A stretch of DNA of 64,000 bases, from assembly GCF_009914755.1 (NCBI RefSeq), contig NC_060929.1; one strand, written 5' to 3'. The DNA is from the human T2T-CHM13v2.0 reference genome, Homo sapiens. Numbering within the stretch: the stretch's first letter is position 1; the number at the start of each line of letters is the position of its first letter. The notes under the pieces are model-generated. The model had not been told where the DNA came from, made no database searches, and was given only the letters and a program-made list of their open reading frames with translations. A program made the position numbers and the translations under genes. Below, piece after piece: positions 56,352-64,000 of the stretch.

Positions 56352-56370
56352 TAGTACCATCTAGTGGCAA
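56352..56370 (-). promoter_or_regulatory. Candidate CTCF site
   Basis: The minus strand reads TTGCCACTAGATGGTACTA, close to the CTCF core CCASYAGRKGGCRS. Motif match only. Confidence 0.45.
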
Positions 56371-56826
56371 AAGAGGACACTGCTTTGCTATTTGATTATA
56401 TGTGTCTTTGTAGCAGCCAGGGAAATAAGTGTTTATGGGTTAGGGAAATGTGAACACTGTATATTAAGGAAATATTTATTTTTAAGTATAATGATATTAT
56501 TGTGTTTGTGTTTAGAAAGAATCCTTGTTTAAATATACATATTGAAATATTTACAAAGAAGTTGTATGATGCCTGAGCTTTATTTTAAAAATAAGTCTGA
56601 GGCAGAGGGGTGGAAATAGAGGAAGTGGATATGGGTGTAGATGAGATAAAACTGACCATGAATTGATAATTATTGATGTGGGATATGAAGGTACATGGGG
56701 CTTTGTTATAATTTTCTGCATACTTAGGTATATGTTTGAAATTTTTTGTAATGAAAATAAAATAGAGATTACATGGAATTTAGATGATATGAAATCAGAT
56801 AAATGCAGAATTATAGCTAATCTTAA

Positions 56827-57476
<650 letters not shown>

Positions 57477-57908
57477 TACCTAGAGCTCTTTAATTGACTT
57501 TAAAATACTGAGTATAGCAACAAGGTAAATATGGCATTTTAGAGATAAAAAGCTGAAAGATGGCATGGTGTAGGAAGAATTATCTATAGGCAAGTTATTG
57601 AAGCATTTACATCTTTGTTGTAGTTTGACAAAATTTAATATTTATAAATTGGTCTATAAACTGTAAAACAATATACATGTAAAGTATATCTTTTCAGAAA
57701 GTAAGGAAAAACCGAGATCAACATTTCAGAATGTATTTTGAAGATGTAATTATCAAGTGTACTTATATCTGGTAATGAAAAGCATCTTTAATTATGATAT
57801 ACTGAAATAAATAAAAGTGGGTCAAGTAGCAGCCTCCCTGAAATGACAAAGTTGCTCATAGATAAATATCACTGGTATAACCACAGCAGATTTCATTTCT
57901 AATGAATA

Positions 57909-58228
57909 ATTTTCTTTCTTTCTTTCTTTCTTTTTTTTTTTTTTTTTTTTGAGACCGAGTCTTGCTCTGTCACCAGGCTGGAGTGCAGTGACATGATCTT
58001 GGCTGTCTGCAACCTCTGCCTCCCGGGTTCAAGCTAATCTCCTGCCTCAGCCTCCCGAGTAGCTGGGACTACAGGCGTGCACCACCACGCCCAGCTAATT
58101 TTTGTATTTTTAGTAGAGATGGGGTTTCGCCATGTTAGCCAGGATGTTCTCAATTTCTTGACCTTGTGATCCTCCTGCCTCGGCCTCCAAAGTGCTGGGA
58201 TTACAGGCGTGAGCCACCGTGCCCAGCC
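57909..58228 (-). mobile_element. Alu (AluS)
   Basis: (TTTC)n/T tail and TSD TAATGAATAATTT. Confidence 0.93.
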
Positions 58229-59311
58229 TAATGAATAATTTTCTAATGTTTCTAAAATGTTAAAATACTTCTAAGACAATGTGTGATTATATAGTGTAAT
58301 TAATCTTTTAAAACTGAGCTTCCAGAATTTTAAAATACAAATGAATATTCTCTCCTTCAAAATTACATATGTATTTAAAAGCTGCCACTTCTCAAAGAAC
58401 TTTTTGAAACATTTTTTTTTGGAACTGCTTTGCAATTGTATTCCATTTTCTTTTAAAAACTCTTCAAAATCAAGGGCCTCTTCTAGGTTGTATGCAGTAT
58501 GCAGCCCCCAAGAAATCTGTCCCACTCAAAAACTAGAAAACACTGGATAAAATACAAAAATCATACTTTTAAGGACACTGGAGGACTGTGGAATCATCAA
58601 GCTCTTTATTAACTATAATTCTTAGGAAGAAAGAACCCTTTCTAGATAAGCAGAGATTACTGGTAATTTTCTTCCTGGGGTATATTGATTCTGGGTACAG
58701 ATTGAGATTCATCATTGGCACAAGCAGGAGGACTTCACTGGGAGAAAGAAACTCTTGAGGACTTTCTGCAGGACTAGGTATGAAAGAAAATGAAATCGTT
58801 GGCAGCCTTGACAAACATGAGGGCAGATGTAGAGATACTAGCATTTAGAGGAGCTCTAAATGCATGGCTCATTTTTACCATGAGATATTGGCCGAGTCTT
58901 GTAGTGCAGGAGACTTGGGATAGACTAGAAACGCAGAATGTTAGCAGGCGAAGTCCTGCTAGAGGGAGAGACATGTTACTTTCATACCACAGGTCTCCTC
59001 AAGTCATTTGCCAGATTTTAAATTTTGTAGAGCAGGAGATTAAAGACCTGAGTTTACAACCTCCAAGAGAAACAACATTTAAGGCTAGAGAGTTAAGTGC
59101 TACCAGAGAATAAGGCTGAACTGGAAAGGCAAAGTGAAATATCCCATATTCCTGCAATGTTTAGGAAAGACCTATTAGAGGGAGACCTACCTAGTATATC
59201 AAACATGACTGGTTTTCCATTCAAGATAAATGTCAGATTTTGATACTGTATAGGGTAAGAAGTTAACTGCTGAGGAGATGGAGAACTTTCATATTTTCTA
59301 TCTGAATATAG

Positions 59312-59681
<370 letters not shown>

Positions 59682-59759
59682 GGGTCCCAATCCATTTTTA
59701 GTTGCTAATTGGATTGAGGAGATCAGACCCCAACAATGGAAAAGGCAGACTCTCTAGAG

Positions 59760-61410
59760 GAAAATACTATCAATCATCTTAAGTCTCTTTTGTTCTTGTA
59801 TACACAGTTGGCATACAGTCAAACGTTATATGAAATGCAGAGAAACTGGAAGATTACTGATAATCAAGGGAACAAATAGGTAATAGGAGCAAACTCAGAT
59901 GATCCACATGTTGCAGTTAGTAGTCAAGGATTTTAACATAAGTATTATAAATGTCTTGAAAAAAAGAAAAATGAACAGATAGAAAATTTTGACAGAGAAT
60001 TGGAGTCTATAATTAAAAGGAATCAAATAGATATTCTAGAACTGAAAAATATATTTGAAATTAACATTGGATGGGCTTAACAGCAGGCTGAACACTGAAT
60101 TAGTGAACTAATGAGAAGACAGAATTAGTGAACTTGAAAAAAGATCAGTAGAAAATATTCAAACTGAAGCACAGAGAAAAAAATGGAAAAAACAAAAAAG
60201 ACAAAACAATGGCTTCTAGAAGAAAACATAGGTAATAGCTTCTTGTCCTGGGAGTAGGCAAAGATGTCTTAAACAGAATGCCAAAGCACCATATATAGAA
60301 AGAAATTTGATAGACCTCATTAAAACTAAGAACTCTTGTTCATCAAAAGACTCGAGTGTGCTTCTAGAAGAAAACATAGGATAATCTTATCTATGTGGCC
60401 TTGGGTGGGCAAAATTTCTTAGGACACACAAAAGACTAAACATAAAAATGTATAAGATAAACTTCATCAAAATTAAAAACCTGTGCTTTTCAGAAGACTT
60501 CATTAAGAAAATGAAAAAGTAAGCCATAGAGGAGAAAATATTTGCAATACATATATCTGACCAAAGGCTCAGTTCAGAATATATTAAGTAATTCCTTCAG
60601 AATATATAAATCCCACAAACCAGTAACAAAAAGGCAATCCAGTTTTTAAAATGTGACCCAGGGACTTGAAAAGACAATTCAAAAAGAAAGATAAATGGCA
60701 GATAAGTCCATGAAAAGGGATTCAGCATCATTTGGCATCAGGGAAATGCAAAGACTATTTCACTCCTACTCAAATGACTGATGTTTAAAAGACTGATCAC
60801 ACCAAATGTGGAGCATTGGAATGCTCAGGCATTGCTGAGAGAAGTATTAAAAACCATTTTGGCAGTTTCCTTTAAAATTAAACCCTATGACTCAGTGTTT
60901 GCACTCCTAGAAATGTACTCAAGAGAAGTGAGGGCAAGTGTCCACTAAACGGTACAAGAATGTTCATAGTGACATTCTAAATAATAGCCTGCAGACTGGT
61001 AACAGCCCAGATGCCCCTTTAAGAGGAGAAAGGATAGATAAATTGGGCTGTATTTATACAGTGGACTGCTACATACTATACAACATTTAAAAACAATGAA
61101 CTGATAAGGCAACAGCATGGACAGATTTCACAGATACTATGTTGAACAAAAAAAGTGAGACACAAAATACTTATGTACTGTGTGATTCCATTTATATGAA
61201 GGTCAAGAGCATGCCAAACTCTTCTGATAAAGAAGCCAGAATAGTGGTTACCTCTAGGAAATGAAGATTGGTAAAAGGAGCTTGAGGGAACCCTCTGGGG
61301 TGCTAGAAATGTATTTTCACCTAGATAGTGATTACATGGGTGTGAAAATTCACTGGATATTTAGGATTAGTGTATTTTACATATGTGTGTTGTGCCTCAA
61401 TAAAACAGGA
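59760..61410 (+). mobile_element. Old L1M fragments (sense), ORF1-like and ORF2/3' end pieces
   Basis: GGAGAAAATATTTGCAATACATATATCTGAC, TACTGTGTGATTCCATTTATATGAA, terminal CCTCAATAAA. Confidence 0.75.
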
Positions 61411-62354
61411 AAAAAATTACTTGAGGTCAGTTTTTATTGTGGAATAGCCATAAACTGTTCACAGCAAACTAGTAAATAATGTAGGTCATATTGGATGGTA
61501 TCATCTTAAGGCAAAGTAACTGGATGTGACTGTAAATTTACACAGATTTTGTTGATGAGGTTCATAACTCAAAGCACTTACAAAAGTAATTTAACACATC
61601 ATTGGAGTAAGTTAGTAGCTTTCCAAGGTGACTACTTTGGGAATCTTTTTAAAAATTGTTTGACCTTAAATCTTATTTACCTTTATGCTTATAGCTATCA
61701 ATAGATTTCTAACAATGTGTACAGAAATTTTTAAAAATAGAACTTTATTACAAGTTGAGTATATTCACTATTTTATTAAATTAGGAAATGTGGACAAAAA
61801 AAATCAAAATCAACAATTTTTTTTTAAATTTAAATCCCATCACCAGAGGTAAAAGTAACCTTTGATAGTATATATATATATTCTTTTCTCTATACATTTA
61901 TGCAGACTTGCATTTGATGACATCATATTTTGCAGGTTTTTTTTTCTGTGTAATTTATTGTCATCTTACGTCAGATTATGTATTTTACAGTTGCATAGTA
62001 TTCCATTGTAGGTACAGCTAAAAAATGCTATGGTTTATTTAATACTTATTGTTGGACATCTGAATTTATATGGCTTTTTAATTTCTTTTTTTAGTATTTT
62101 AAGTTTTTATTATTTCTTTTTAAAAAGACCATTAATGTACCATTAGTTTTGAAAAAATTAGATGTATGTCCAATGATGTACGAAGGATTTTTTATTTTTA
62201 AACTTTTAAATCTTTGTAACTTTTCTAAAAACAAGTAGGATTTTTTCTAATACATATTGTTTAAAAAGTATGACACAACAAGTAAAAAAGAAATTGCTTG
62301 TAATTTCAGTCTCCATAGAATAACACTGTTAACATTTTAATGATTCTGCTTTCA

Positions 62355-62490
62355 GCATCAGCTTCACCTGAGAACTTGTTCAAAATGCAGATTTTCAGCC
62401 TCTACCCCAGGCTTACTGAATCGACAGTCTATGTTTTAACAAGGTCTTCAGGTGATTCTGATCCATGCTGACGCTTGAGAACACTACTGT
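62355..62490. mobile_element. MER5A hAT-Charlie element
   Basis: CACCTGAGAACTTGTTCAAAATGCAGATT...TTTTAACAAGGTCTTCAGGTGATTCTGAT...TTGAGAACACT. Confidence 0.8.
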
Positions 62491-62528
62491 AGGCTTTGGA
62501 GAAGAATCTTACAAAGAGAGACCTGATC

Positions 62529-62833
62529 GGCCGGGCGCGGTGGCTCACGCCTGTAATCCCAGCACTTTGGGAGGCTGACGCGGGCGGATGGTGATGTCAG
62601 GAGATCGAGACCATCCTGGCTAACACGGTGAAACCCCGTCTCTACTATACTAAAAAAAAAAAAAAAAATTAGCCGGGCGTGGTGGCGGGAGCCTGTAGTC
62701 CCAGCTACTGGGGAGGCTGAGGCAGGAGAATGGCGTGAACTTGGGAGGCGGAGCTTTCAGTGAGCCGAGATTGCGCCACTGCTCTCCAGCCTGGGCGACA
62801 GAGCGAGACTCCGTCTCAAAAAAAAAAAAAAAA
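62529..62833 (+). mobile_element. AluY (youngest Alu in the window, CpG-rich)
   Basis: Diagnostic GAGATCGAGACCATCCTGGCTAACACGG and GGAGAATGGCGTGAAC. TSD AGAGACCTGATC (62517-62528, 62834-62845). Confidence 0.93.
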
Positions 62834-63683
62834 AGAGACCTGATCACAGCTGTGCCTTAAAAAGGCTGCTCTGACAGCTCTGTGCAAGGTTGAGCCACTT
62901 AGGAAATTATTTTCATAGTTTAGGTAGGGTTAATAACAAGATAGTGGCAGTAAGAATATGAAAGAGATAGCTGTAAGAGAGCTAATAGAGGTAGAATCAC
63001 CAGAAATCCATAACTGGGAATGTGAAGGAAGAGGTGCTAAGGATTTGAGCTGGAGGAGAAAGAGAAGGCTAATGCCATTTAACTGAGAGAATACAAGGCA
63101 AAGAATAGGCTTTATTGGTACAAAATGTTAGTTCAGTTCTGGACATTTAGATGTATGGTACCTGTCATACAGATGTAAAGCATCCATCAGTTGGTTGGAA
63201 AAGTGAGTCTGAAGTTTGCAAGTGAAGTTAGGATTCGAGACATGTCATTGGAAATTAACTGCTCAAGGGTAGTTGTTGAATTGTGAGACCGGAAGCCTGA
63301 GAAATAAGGATAAGATTAAAAAAGGATTATTGAAGGACTAAAACAGTAGCAATGGATGGAAAGAGAATTGGAATCCTGGAAAAATCACAGGTAGTCTCCA
63401 ATGAGAGTTCTTAAATGGAAGAGATGGTGCCCTGAAGTTTATAGTAGACATTTTGATGGGCATATTCACATTCAGTAAAGGAAGTTATCACTGAGCAAAT
63501 TTGTTTTCTATTCCACAAATGTAAAACACTCTGGAATATTTTGAAAATAATACAGTCACCTTCATGCCCCCACATCTACTTACCAAAGCCTTTCAAACTC
63601 CAACATAGTCTATTATTTTGAAGGTCAGATACTAAGGCTATTTATTAAAAGGAATTCTGGGGTTTGGGGGCGATTTCTTTGTT

Positions 63684-64000
<317 letters not shown>

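Overview
Human (primate) genomic DNA covering the 5' end of the APC (adenomatous polyposis coli) tumour-suppressor gene on the + strand. It contains promoter/exon 1B (CpG island ~5.9-6.8 kb, coding MYASLGSG...ASVWQ), promoter/exon 1A (~36.2-36.5 kb), a 108-nt alternative exon (36927-37034) and the first canonical coding exon (53454-53606, MAAASYDQLLKQVEALKMENSNLRQELEDNSNHLTKLETEASNMK). The gene continues past the window end. The rest is intronic or upstream sequence dominated by Alu, old L1/L2/MIR, MaLR/ERV solo LTRs and DNA-transposon fossils; repeat boundaries and subfamily names are by-eye estimates. Almost all ORFs in the supplied track are repeat-derived or GC-rich artefacts. I found no new multi-gene system. 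The most interesting signals are: a splicing-dependent uORF architecture in which every APC leader carries upstream AUGs; the overlap of the GAPPS-mutated YY1 site with a strong-context uAUG; a BC200-derived retrocopy; a MADE1 (miR-548-type) hairpin; and a ~40-nt retroposed insert flanked by target-site duplications (TSDs).
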